A DNA stretch of 64,000 bases from contig NIVC01001731.1 in NCBI GenBank assembly GCA_002269645.1, positions 148,272-212,271 on the forward strand, written 5' to 3'. Below the pieces are notes generated by a model. It did no database searches. It was not told the origin of the DNA and worked only from the letters and a program-made list of their open reading frames with translations. The position numbers were made by a program, and so were the translations under genes. Positions 1-11,469 of the stretch are shown one piece after another (the first letter of the stretch is position 1; every line of letters starts with the position of its first letter). The DNA is from Macrostomum lignano (taxonomy: Eukaryota).

Positions 1-612
1 TTAATAGGAGTATTTGAGTAGCTTAGTTATACTGTAGTGTCTCAGACTTATTCTCTCTGCTTGTAGCTTGCTTATTTGCTTATTGACTTATTTATACAAA
101 CATTGAAAATGCAGTAGTAAATATAATTATATGGTTGATCGGTAAATAACATCCAAGCATATTCTACCTCGTTTGAGTTACTATTAATCATATGTAAGGT
201 TCTAGTTAGCGGCCGGCTAGAGTCTTATATTTGGCGACCACACCAGGTTATAGAGTTATCAAACCATTACAACACAATCTTTCTATCATTCATTCCTTGT
301 TAAACCTTGAAATTCAGCTAGACAAGCTGTTGAAACCCGCGGATTTTGAACCCGGGGAATTCCAATCCCTGGAACTATTTTTGCATGTAGCTCGTATTCT
401 GAAATCTGAGCCCACAGCTACTCAAACAAAAACTTGTTAATAGTTAGTAGGAATAGAGGTAAACAAAATGGAGTACATTCGTGTAAAATTAGGATTTCAG
501 GCAAACATTGATATTGTTGGCTGGGTGCTTTTTACTTTAAATAGGCAATTAATGTCTGTCTGACTCTAAAACATGTATTGGCAAACTCTGGCTTCTGCCT
601 CTGACTCTCCCT

Positions 613-1555
613 ATGTCCTTTGGATCCTTTGAAACTTCTATCTTCTCTTCTGTTTTCTCTTTGCTTCCCCCCTCTCTCTCTGCTTCCCCCCTCTCTCTGC
701 TTCCCCCCTCTCTCTCTCTCTCTCTCTCTGCTTCCCCCTCTCTCTTATCTCTCCTCTCCCATCTTTCTTCTCCTCTCTACTCTCTCCCCTCCATTCTCCT
801 CTTTTCTCTCCTCTCGCCTCACTCACTTCTCTCTCCCTTTGTCTCTCCTCTCGTCTCTGTAATCTCTTCTCTCTTATCTCTCTTCTGTTCTCTCTACTCT
901 CCCATCTCTCGTCTGTTCATTTTCGTCTCTGCTCTCAGCTCATCCCCCCTCTTTTATCTTTTATCTTTACTGTCTTAATGTTCTCTCATTCTGTCCTCTA
1001 TACTCTTTTCTTTTACCTCTTTTGTCTCCTCACTTTCCTTTCTCCTTTCTTCTCTTCTCTTCTCTTCCCTCTTCTACATATATACTCTCTCCCTCTCTTG
1101 TCTCGTCTCTTCTCTCTCAACTCTCCTCCTTTATCTCTCATCTCTCATTTCTCCTCTCTCCTTACACCTCTCTCATCTGTACAACCTTATCTCTTCTCTC
1201 TTCCATTTACTCTCTCAGCTCTCCTTTCTCCTCTTTACTAACTCCTCTCTGCTCTTCTCTCTGCTCTCCTCTCATCTGCAGCCCTCTGCTCTCTCCTCTC
1301 TACTCACTCCTCTACTCTCTCCTCTCTACTCGCTCCTCTACTCTCTCCTCTCCTCTCTACTCGCTCCTCTCTCCTCTCTACTCGCTCTTCTCTCCTCTCT
1401 ACTCTCTCCTCTCTACTCGCTCCTCTCTACTCTCTCCTCTCTACTCTCTCCTCTCATCGTCCTCACTCCCTCATCTCTCCTTTTATCTTTTATCTTTTAT
1501 CTTATTCCCTCTCCTCTCTTTTCGAGTAGTCTATTCCTTCTTCTCTCCACTCTGA
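613..1555. repeat. CT-rich low-complexity tract inside element copy A (shorter homolog at 49550-49900)
   Basis: Nearly pure C/T, CTCTCCTCTCTA-like units. Confidence 0.9.
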
Positions 1556-2030
1556 ACTGCCCCTCAGCCATAAGCTGGATTCTTTTCTGGCCTTTGAGGT
1601 AAGTCTGCCCATTCCTGCTTGGAAAGCCAGTTTGTGGGACGTAGTACTCTCATGGCTGTTCTCATGCTTTGATCATGTCATCTTTCTTGCCAATTTGCAA
1701 GCCCTGAAAAGAATTTGTGTATCTTCTGAATCTTCAGCTCCATTGCAGTCTGCATCAGTCTAACAAACAAGTAAATACACATTTCTTAGGAGGCCATCTA
1801 AATTTTAAGGTACCTTTAAGAGAAACCTTAAATTTCCATGGTGTGACTTGCTGCATTGCAATGCATTGCCGTTTCATAAATCTTTTGCTTTTACAAACCA
1901 TGCTGGATCCAGCTAGTGGATTGCCTTGATTTGCCAATTGCCATTGCCATCTACTGCATATAGGCTATACAGAGGGCAGTGGTTAGAATTTCTCACTAAA
2001 CTGTCATGGCTAAACGTAGCCTCTCCACGC

Positions 2031-2895
2031 TAGGGATTCCAAAATCCTGACATTTTACAATCCCGGGATTGAATAGTCCCAGAATCCCAATGCTGTTGAA
2101 ATCCCGGGATTCAAAATCCCGGAATCCCGGTGCTTTTGAAATCCTGGGATTCGATCCCCAAAAAAATCCTGGGATTCAAATCCTGGATTTTTGGCCCAAT
2201 CCCGGGATCCCGGGATTGGAATCCCTAGGTCTCTTGAAGATTAGGTATATAGCTAAATTTTGTAAGTTTTTATTGTTGACTTTTGTTACTGTATCCTAGA
2301 AAGATGTCTCTGTGCAATCTCATGATTTTTGCACAATTTGGAATATTTTAAATACCTAAACTTCAAGATGCCCGAGGACAAGACTAAGTAACAACTAACA
2401 AGAGTAAAATCTTTGTAGGTAAGTGTCAAAATATTAAAATTTAAATTATAATACATGATGGACTGTGCGGCGTGCCGCACGCAGTAGTCATGTTCTCGCG
2501 ACTCTCAGAGTCTCAGTCTTGTCTCGTGGTGGAAAACGAAAAAAAGTTTAAATTATCCATCATTTACAGTTCACATTAACAATTTTTAGCTCAATTAGGA
2601 CAGGAGCTTTGCAAATGTTTAACGTTTCATTGAGAAACAGCAAAAACAAATAAATGTTTTATTATTCAAATAAACGTTTGGACTTTAAATTATCTAATTT
2701 AGGCATTAAAAGGTTGTTCTAATCCCGGACTAATCCCAGGATTAAGGCCTTGAAATCCCGGGATCCCGATCCCGGATGTTTGCAATCCTGGGATTAAAAA
2801 TCCTGGGATTCGATCCCCAAAAAAATCCCGGGGTTCAAATCCCGGATTTTTGGCTCCAATCCCGGGATCCCGGGATCCCAGGATTGGAATCCCTA
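2031..2895. mobile_element. 865-bp non-autonomous hAT element nested in copy A
   Basis: TIR TAGGGATTCCAA / TTGGAATCCCTA; 8-bp TSD CTCCACGC (2023-2030, 2896-2903); dense subterminal ATCCCGGGAT motifs. Confidence 0.88.
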
Positions 2896-3882
2896 CTCCA
2901 CGCGCGGGGGTACAGAGAAGGCTATTAAATAGTTATTCTAAAACACTGTAGATTTGCTATGTACATTCAGCCCTATCGCCTGACCCTTCGTCTGGGCTGG
3001 GGAATGAGTGAGTGAGTGGCACAAACAACAGAAAAAGCAGACAAACTTCACATGCTTACAGTTTCTTTTTCGGTTGAGTTACAGAGTTGAAACTTTACAT
3101 TTAGATAGAGAATGAGTCAATGAAGAATTGTGTCAAGTTTGAAGTCAATCGCTTTACGTGGAGCAAACTTTTGGCAGCTGAAAGTTAGTCAATTTTGAAA
3201 CCCAATTTACACATCTGGGCCCAGATCGGGATTGGGAAAGAGAGGCAGGTGGGCGGAGGTTGGGGTGGTTGCTATGCTGAAAAAACAGCCTAACTTTAAA
3301 AGTGCACAGCAGCTTTCAGGATTAACTTTGAGATTTGAAATTTTACACGATTGTGTCAAAATAGTTGAAGATTGATTGTGTTAAATTTGAAGAGAATCGG
3401 TAGAAGTGGAGCGGCGCTATGGATGATTTAGTGAAAAAATCGTGCATTTTGACAAAAAATCCCAACTCGAGCAAAAAATCCAACTTTTAGGTGGGAAGAC
3501 TCAATTTTAGGAAATTTAAAGGTAGCCTAAGACATTCTCTGTAGTAAGTTTAGGGCGGGTGTAAAGTTTGGTGTCATTTGGTTGAGTGGTTTGGGAGTCC
3601 ATAGCAAACGAAATTGTCCACAGACAGACAGACACACAGACAGACAGAGTTTTGATTTTTATATGTAGAGATTATTAACTTATAGGAATTAGTCCAAGGC
3701 TTTATATCTTTTAAGCAGATAGTATAAATGTAATTTAATATTTCATATTGTTTTCAAACAAGGAAATGTTGCCGCTATGAGAGCTAAGATCTTTGCACAG
3801 ACAGTGAAACATAATATGATGATTTAGTGAATCCAGCATTGTCTAAATGCAGAGACAATGATGATTTAGACAATTGGTATAG

Positions 3883-4732
3883 GACCAAGACCGCCACACA
3901 CCAAGACCGCCACACTTGGGAGAGCTAAGCCTAAGGAAAAAAATTGACTTGGGCCTAATGTGTTATTAGATGGTGCTAGAAGAGAGGAGATGAATGGGTA
4001 GGAGAGCCAGCAGGACAAGGCTACGAGAAAACCAGGGTCAGGATCGTGTACCACTGTACACCAGAACGAAAATTGCTTTTGTAGCTCATGCACGCCAATG
4101 TACGCCAACGAACTTTCTATTGCCTACAAAAATATGCCAAAATAAAAGTTACAAATTACAACTAATATTAAAAGCATGAAAAATTTTAATATACAAACAA
4201 CTTATGTGTTAAAACTGAAAATCTTCTTACTAAACTGTAGAGAACTAGCTTATTTTAACTATTTTTGTTTTACTTTTACTTACTTGGAAAACTTAAACCC
4301 GGTTTTTTAAATTTAGTTTTCCATTTTTTGTAAAGGGCCCGATATATTCTTTTTGATGAAATTTAGCTATTGTAACTATGTACATAGAGACTATGCCAAA
4401 TGCAAACTTAATCATTTTTGTATACTAATTATGTAGATTGATTGTTGGGACTCGGAACTTTTGGTCCCACCTGCTGGTCTTGGCAATCTCTATACGCCAA
4501 GCTGTATGCCAAGAGGGCATGCCAGGCCCCTTTGTACACCAAGTTGTACGCCAATGTGTAATCTAGATTCTAGGTCCCTCTGTATGCCGGAAAATTTCGG
4601 CGTACATGTATACCATCCGGAGTCTGGCGAGAAAAGAACCTATAAGAGGAATAGCAATGCTAGAAGATTGGTAGCTCCCCCTCAATAAGCCAGCAATAGC
4701 TGTGGTGGTCTTGGTGTGTGGCGGTCTTAGTC
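3883..4732. mobile_element. MITE-like element with ~30-bp TIRs
   Basis: GACCAAGACCGCCACACACCAAGACC at left, its reverse complement (1 mismatch) at right; internal GTACACCA/GTACGCCA motifs; no clear TSD. Confidence 0.55.
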
Positions 4733-5705
4733 ATGTGCCAGATAATTTAGTTGTTTTTTTTGTAACCTGCATATGATGATCTTGAATATGACAATTATAT
4801 ACAAAACCTAAAATTGAATTGGCCACTTTGTATGCCAGAGTTGGACCTGAAAATTTTATATACCAAGACCAAGACCCAAATATATAACAAGACTCTCAGT
4901 GAGAGGCAAAAAGATGTTAGAATTTCCTACTTCTAACATACAGGTAACCTTTAGGACTATGGGCTAAAATATTACTGGAACCAAGACCATTATTATTTTT
5001 TGATTCCTTTTTGTTTTTTGCTCAATAGAAATCATAGGCACTAGTATCAAAATGATCTAGACATAAGAGATTATAGGGGTCTAGCATTTTTTTTCAAGAC
5101 TAAGAATGAATATAACAAAAGTTATAAAAATTCACCATTTATAAATCCATGTCCCATGAAAAGATGTAGTGGTGACTCGTAAGTAATAAAAATATAATCA
5201 AAAAAATTACAAATATAAAGCATCCACACTCAGACGACTAGCTAGGCCAATAAAACGTGTCAATACTATAATTGATTAATTGCCTATCCTATGTAGACTA
5301 TGCTTTGTTCATCACAATCTTTAAACCCTCCGCTTAAAAATATACTAATCATATTTTTTAAATTATCCTACTTATAACTAAATGTTGTTTTTTATACTGT
5401 AAAGACGAGCCAATGTACGTTTGAAAGTAATTTATTAAATATAATTACATGAGTGTATTTCTTACATTTTGAACATTTGAATAGTCGCCGACTAAATAAC
5501 TAAAACAAACTTTGCATATTCTTTACTTATGCTGCAAATACGCAGAATTTATCACACAAAGCATATAAATTAGCGGGCTCAGCATATTTTAACTGTCTGG
5601 CTTCATAAAATTTGATGCTAGGACTCAGTAAGTACTGAGCAAATGTTACGTTAAAAGTCGTATATTTTAGACCAACTTTCATTTATATAATTTGAACAGC
5701 ATTTG

Positions 5706-6978
5706 TGTAACAAAATGAATACCGAGGAGCCTGTTTTGAATTCTCAGCCGAAAGTGCCAAATCAGAGCGGCGAACTCTTACGAACAATGATTGATTATTA
5801 TATTTATTTAATTAATATTGGTCATTAAAACAAATAAAGTTACACTATAAAGTATATATGCAAAATAACAATTACATACAGTAGAAAGTACAATAAAAGA
5901 GAAATACTATATACAGTACAGCAGACATAAAGTAAATACGAAATTGTTTACTTTTAAATTTGATACACATGTTACATTATCCTCCTCTTGGAAAGGACAA
6001 TGTCCACATTGTCAATAAAAGTACAAAAGAGTAGAATATAAAAGTAAAGAAAATAACTATTAAATATACAGTACATGCTAAATTTTAAGGAAAAATATTG
6101 AACTCGCATTCCCAACTAGATATTCGCAATGAGGTGACAGAACACATTTTAAAAAAATGGTCTACTGGACCAAAAGAGAAGCCAGTTAACCAACACAAAA
6201 ACCAGAACCCAACAGGGTTAGCAGAGCCCCGGGTTCTCCCCACCACAACCAGCGCAGAGCACAGCATGAATCAAGCAAAAACACTTAAAGCGAAAGGAAT
6301 TACTTGTACACTTTTTTGTGATGCACTGCCATTGGGTGACCTTTACAACAAGCAAGAAAATACAGTACAACATTGAAATAATTATTTGAAAAGTAAAGTA
6401 CATCATGGCAATTGCCAAAATACAGTATAAAGTACATATGAAGAATTACAGTAGGTACAAATGATGTGCAATTACATAAAAGTCATTCAACACAGCATTG
6501 AAATGGGAAGATGCAGCTCCTGGACTGTAGAACAGCAAAATTATCTGCACCTGCGATTTGATTGGCCAAGCTGATGTCGGCTATAGCCTATAGCTGTGCG
6601 CGCTCTGCTGATTGGCTGTAACTTAACTGTAATAATACATTTGCAGTCGATCAGTAGATCCAGCGGAGTCCTTCCTGGAATTCGAGTTCTGGTGTGGTCG
6701 CCATTGTAACGAAATGAATACCGAGGAGCCTGTTTTGAATTCTCAGCCGAAAGTGCCAAATCAGAGCGGCGAACTCTTACGAACAATGATTGATTATTAT
6801 ATTTATTTAATTAATATTGGTCATTAAAACAAATAAAGTTACACTATAAAAGTATATATGCAAAATAACAATTACATACAGTAGAAAGTACAATAAAAGA
6901 GAAATACTATATACAGTACAGCAGACATAAAGTAAATACGAAATTGTTTACTTTTAAATTTGATACACAGATGTTACA
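5706..6978 (-). mobile_element. Non-autonomous miniature LTR retrotransposon (TRIM-like), 1273 bp
   Basis: Near-identical LTRs 5706-5976 and 6705-6978, each TGTAAC..TGTTACA; TSD TTTG; PBS TGGCGACCACACCAGAAC (minus strand, 6703-6686); PPT AAGAGGAGGATAA next to 5976; no pol-like ORF. Confidence 0.9.
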
Positions 6979-9303
6979 TTTGCAAAAGAGTTGACGTTTT
7001 TTATAAGAAAAATCTAGAATGTCTTTTTTTAAGGTAAAATGCAATATGATTTGTTATTCTGTTTATTTAACTTCTGTCTGAAGTTCAATTTGATTAAATT
7101 TCTATGAAGTGTCAATAATCTTAACCGTTAGGCGAAAAGTTATCTCTGGTTCTTCATCTATTTACTTTTTATTTTTGTTAGACCTAGGGTGATATCTGAG
7201 TTTTTAAAGAGTTGTTCTAATTCAAAAGTTAAATTTAGCTTGGTTGAATTTAACTAACAATATTATTTTTTTCGCTTCAGCACATTAAAATTGGGTGGGC
7301 CAGGAGTCCGAATTCTTTTAAAAAAGTTTTATAGTTTTACTAAAACTAAACTAAATTAAGTTTTGTAAAACGTCTTCAGTAAGTGTAATTTTTTGCAGTG
7401 TTCTGACACGTTCTGTTCTAAAACGTGTTCTGAATTGCGTAGCCTATTGAATTTCTTTATTATAGATTTTAAAGTGACGATCAAGTGAAAAAATGAATGG
7501 CATGTTTCAAAATGATATGAGACTTTGGCCAAAAGTTGTTGTTATCAACTGGGTAAAAAGTAAGTACAATCTCAAATTAGGATATAAATACTTTAGCAAA
7601 GATATAAATACATTGTATCATATGTACATATCCATAAGATAGCATATTTAGTTAACTTTGAGTCCTAAACATATTGTATTGCATAGTATTAGAATGAATA
7701 GTAGTTTTGCTGGCCAAATTGGTGAAAAATTTTGCATGGCTATACTAAAAGAAAAAATATTTTTAGTATATTACTTATTAGTAATAGTATGTTTAAACAA
7801 TGTAATACATTCTAATCTAAATTTAGTTTTTGATCTATGACTATGCTATGCTATAACATAAGTATAATTTTAAATGTATTAAGAGCCAAGACAAAAGTTG
7901 AATTTTATCACATTTGCAAGATTTTCTTTATTGATAATTGAACTTTGATTGAATTTAATTGAGATTTAAAAGTATACACCTAATTATACATCTAGTAAAT
8001 ATATTTACACAATTCTATCTATCAAGTTAATAATGCAAATTATTTTTTTTTAAATTTATCAAATGATTTTCTAATAATAAAACTAAACATACTATAATAA
8101 TCAAAAATAGTTATATAGTTATAGATCTTGATTTTTTTCTTGAGATTTCAAAACAAAGATCAATATTAAAAAAGTTTTGTAATCTTGATAATTGAAATTA
8201 AGATTAACATCTTGTCTGTCTATTTGACCCATAGTCCAAATCATGACAAATGTATGCCAAAGTAATGAAAATTGTTGTTATTTTATTCTATGCTAATATA
8301 AATAAAAATTTTCTAACTATAAAGTTGTTTATACTTTAAGAAGGTGTCTAGTATATATCAGAGTTTTTTGGGCAAAATTTTTGGTATATACCAAGTATAC
8401 CAAAAGATTGAAAATATGACTGTCATGTATGCCAAAATTTCAAAATTATGAAACTTTACTTTTGCACTGCAATAATAAACAACTTTTTTACATTGAAACA
8501 ATCAAGGACCTTTATTCCTATGTTATGTCTGATGTTTATATGTACATTATAACAAAATAAGCATTGTATCTATTACTACTTAAAATAGTTTGCAGTTATA
8601 TAATGTTTTGGTACCTAAATTCTTTAAGATAGCACTATTGAATTCAAATATTTTTGTTCACACTTCTGTCACTTTGTAATGACTATCTTTTTCTTTAAAA
8701 TGTTCTACCTTTTGTTACAAAAACTGGAAGATACTTTTTTAAAAATAGCTTATATGCCAAATACAACTTTTTAAGATTCAAGCATGCCAAATAATATATA
8801 CCAATGAACTAGGAAAGGCTAATGTATGCCTGAAAATTCTAGCATATGGGATTCCTTCCTGAATATGAACTACATGTTAACTTTTTTAAAGAATATATTT
8901 TTTTAGAAATAAGAACTTTATTTAAATTTAAAGTGTTTCTTATTTGCTAGAAACTATTATTCTTTGTTTCACTTTTGTTTCCCTAATAACATTTATTGTT
9001 ATTTTCAATTTTAAAATTTATTTTTTAACGAGCTTTCTTATTCAACTATACTATATATATAAAGCCTGAACTATGCTATTTTTGTACACTAACTATGTAT
9101 GTCAAGACATGAAGATAAGCTAGGGCAAAAATATGCCAGAATTGTCTTGCATTAGAGCCACCTAGACTATGGTATCTTCTAACCCATAACTTTTAGATGA
9201 ACACTTATAAACAGCTTATTTGTTTACATTTATTTGATATTCTAGTAAACTAATCTATGAGTAACTTAGTGATTATGTTACTTCACTTACTTTCTTTTTG
9301 TAG

Positions 9304-9466
9304 ACTTGGATCCTAGCTTTGCAGAGTATATGCACGTATTTATTGAGCATGGCATTACTGGTGATCAACTATTAAATATGACCACGATGACCTGGTGCAA
9401 CTTGGCATTGACAAGGTTGGGCCTCAGGCCATCTTACTAGAGGCTGTGGACTCTGTTAAACGACTG
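9304..9466 (+). pseudogene. SAM-domain exon of a CNK (connector enhancer of KSR)-type scaffold with a 1-nt frameshift (pseudogene or assembly error)
   Basis: Acceptor TTTCTTTTTGTAG at 9303 and donor GTAATG at 9467. Restoring one C near 9383 gives LDPSFAEYMHVFIEHGITGDQLLNMTHDDLVQLGIDKVGPQAILLEAVDSVKRL, matching the CNK SAM pattern (GLD..Y..F....I.GDQLL..T..EL..LG....G.Q..ILEAV). Confidence 0.7.
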
Positions 9467-9475
9467 GTAATGAAC

Positions 9476-9640
9476 NNNNNNNNNNNNNNNNNNNNNNNNN
9501 NNNNNNNNNNNNNNNNNNNNNNNNNNNNNNNNNNNNNNNNNNNNNNNNNNNNNNNNNNNNNNNNNNNNNNNNNNNNNNNNNNNNNNNNNNNNNNNNNNNN
9601 NNNNNNNNNNNNNNNNNNNNNNNNNNNNNNNNNNNNNNNN
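9476..9640. other. Assembly gap (165 N)
   Basis: Run of N. Confidence 1.
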
Positions 9641-11415
9641 ACTTTCTCCGCTCGGCCAGCTCAATGGCCTCTTTTTTCTTCACGGCTCCTGCTGCCTCTG
9701 CTGCAGGTCGGCCTCCTGGCTCTCCCGGTCCAGCTGGCCAGCCCTCCTGCGAGTGGTGAGGTGCAAAAACGGCTCAAACGGCGGATAGTGGCGCCGATTC
9801 AAACTGTAACTGGCGCTGTTGTGCCGGCGGCAGAGTTGGCGAATCATTGCGAACTTTCTTTTCCTAGTTGCTAAGGCGCCTGACACCGACTACTGGGGAG
9901 GATTTGAATTATATATGCGCACAGCCAGCCTCAACTCTGACACTGACCTGTCGGACTGAGAGCCGCATGCGCAGAATGATTATACAAGCTGGTCTAAAGC
10001 TTTGCCTTAGCTTTCTTTTCTCTTGGCTCTCGCCGCGAACAAAATTATGCAAGTGAAGGTGTGCGAGAGAGAAATGGAAGGTTAGAGACAGTAGGAACAC
10101 GAAATAAGGTCAGAAAAAAGCTAATATGCTCGAAAAAAGTTGCCATGCCGTGCGCATGTGATAAAAGTTTAAAGCGCTTGGCTCGATGGAACATCGAAAT
10201 ACTCGAGACAGAAAAATGAGATAGAGTGGGAGATAGAACAACGGATAGAACAAAAGATAGAACACAGGATAGAACGAAGAATAGAACGGATTTACCGAAG
10301 GATTAAACTATCCGAACTACCGAAGGATAGAACAAAGAATAAGACAAAGAGTAAAACGAAGGATAGAGAAAAGAAGAAAAGAAAAGGAGAGAAGAAGTAG
10401 AATAAAGGATATAACAAAGAATAGAAAAAAAATAGAACGCAGTATAAACAAGAGATATAACATTGGGTAGAACAACGAATAAAACGAAGGTAGAAAATGA
10501 TAGAACAAGTAGAACAAAGGATATAACAGAGGATAAAAACGAAGGATAGAGAGAAGGATAGAAGGAAAGGATAGAACAAAGGATAAAACGAAAGGATAGA
10601 ACGAAGGGTAGAGGAAGGATAGAACAAAGGATAGAACGAAAGGATAGAACAAAGGATAGAGAGAAGGATAGAACAAAGGATAAAACGAAAGGATAGAACG
10701 AAGGATAGAGAGAAGGATAGAACAAAATGATAGAACAACAGATAGAAAGAAGGATAGAACTAAGGATAGAGAACGATAGAACAAGTAGAACGAAGGATAG
10801 AGAGAAGGATATAAAAAAGGAAATATATAAATGTAATGAATGATAGAACAAAGGACAGCACAATACCAAACTGAGAAGTAGAACAAGAGACAGAATCAAA
10901 AGCATAAACTACAAGCAGGATAAAGTAGAGCAGGAGCCAGCAGCAAAACAGAACTGACCCTGTGCGCCTTCTCAGCCTCAATCTTAGCCTCCTTCGATCC
11001 TTTCTCTCGTTTCAGCCGCTCCTCCATCTCGCGTTTCAGCTTCTCAGCCTCCACCCGTTTCCCGTGACGCAGTCGCAGATTGGCGTAATTCTTCTGCGCA
11101 ATAAACCGGCGGATGTTGGACTGCAGTTTGATCACGGAGGCCAGCCGGCCGTGGCAGCGACGCCTCGCCAGGTAGCCGCGAGCGTAGCGCTGCAGGTTCA
11201 CCACCAGGACTCGAGAGCGCTGGAATGCGGCGTTCAACTGGCGGGCTCGGAGCACCGCCTGCATGCGCAGGAAGCCGGTCCGCTGCCTGCGGGAGGCGAG
11301 ACGATAGGTCGGAGTGTACTTTCACAGCTGAGCTAGTTTCGAATGGCTCGCACAAACATTATTCTACTGCCGTTATCTGATCTGTTTATCACCATCAACT
11401 CTCTACTCTTGAGCC

Positions 11416-11469
<54 letters not shown>

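Larger units (their letters stand above)
322..3672 (+). mobile_element. Non-autonomous DINE-1/Lep1-like (Helitron-associated) dispersed element, copy A
   Basis: Colinear with 48431-50921 across several blocks; starts ACAAGCTGTTGAAACCCGCGG, contains an internal CT microsatellite, ends with CAGA repeats and ..TAGAGAT. Family assignment is by resemblance to that architecture. Confidence 0.7.

Noticed and set aside
613-1555. Leu/Ser-rich ORFs here and at 10292-10905, 33420-34173 and 49416-49992
   Set aside because: Translations of pyrimidine-rich low-complexity DNA, in several overlapping frames
6098-6376. ORF inside the miniature LTR element
   Set aside because: Short, with no gag, protease, RT or integrase motifs
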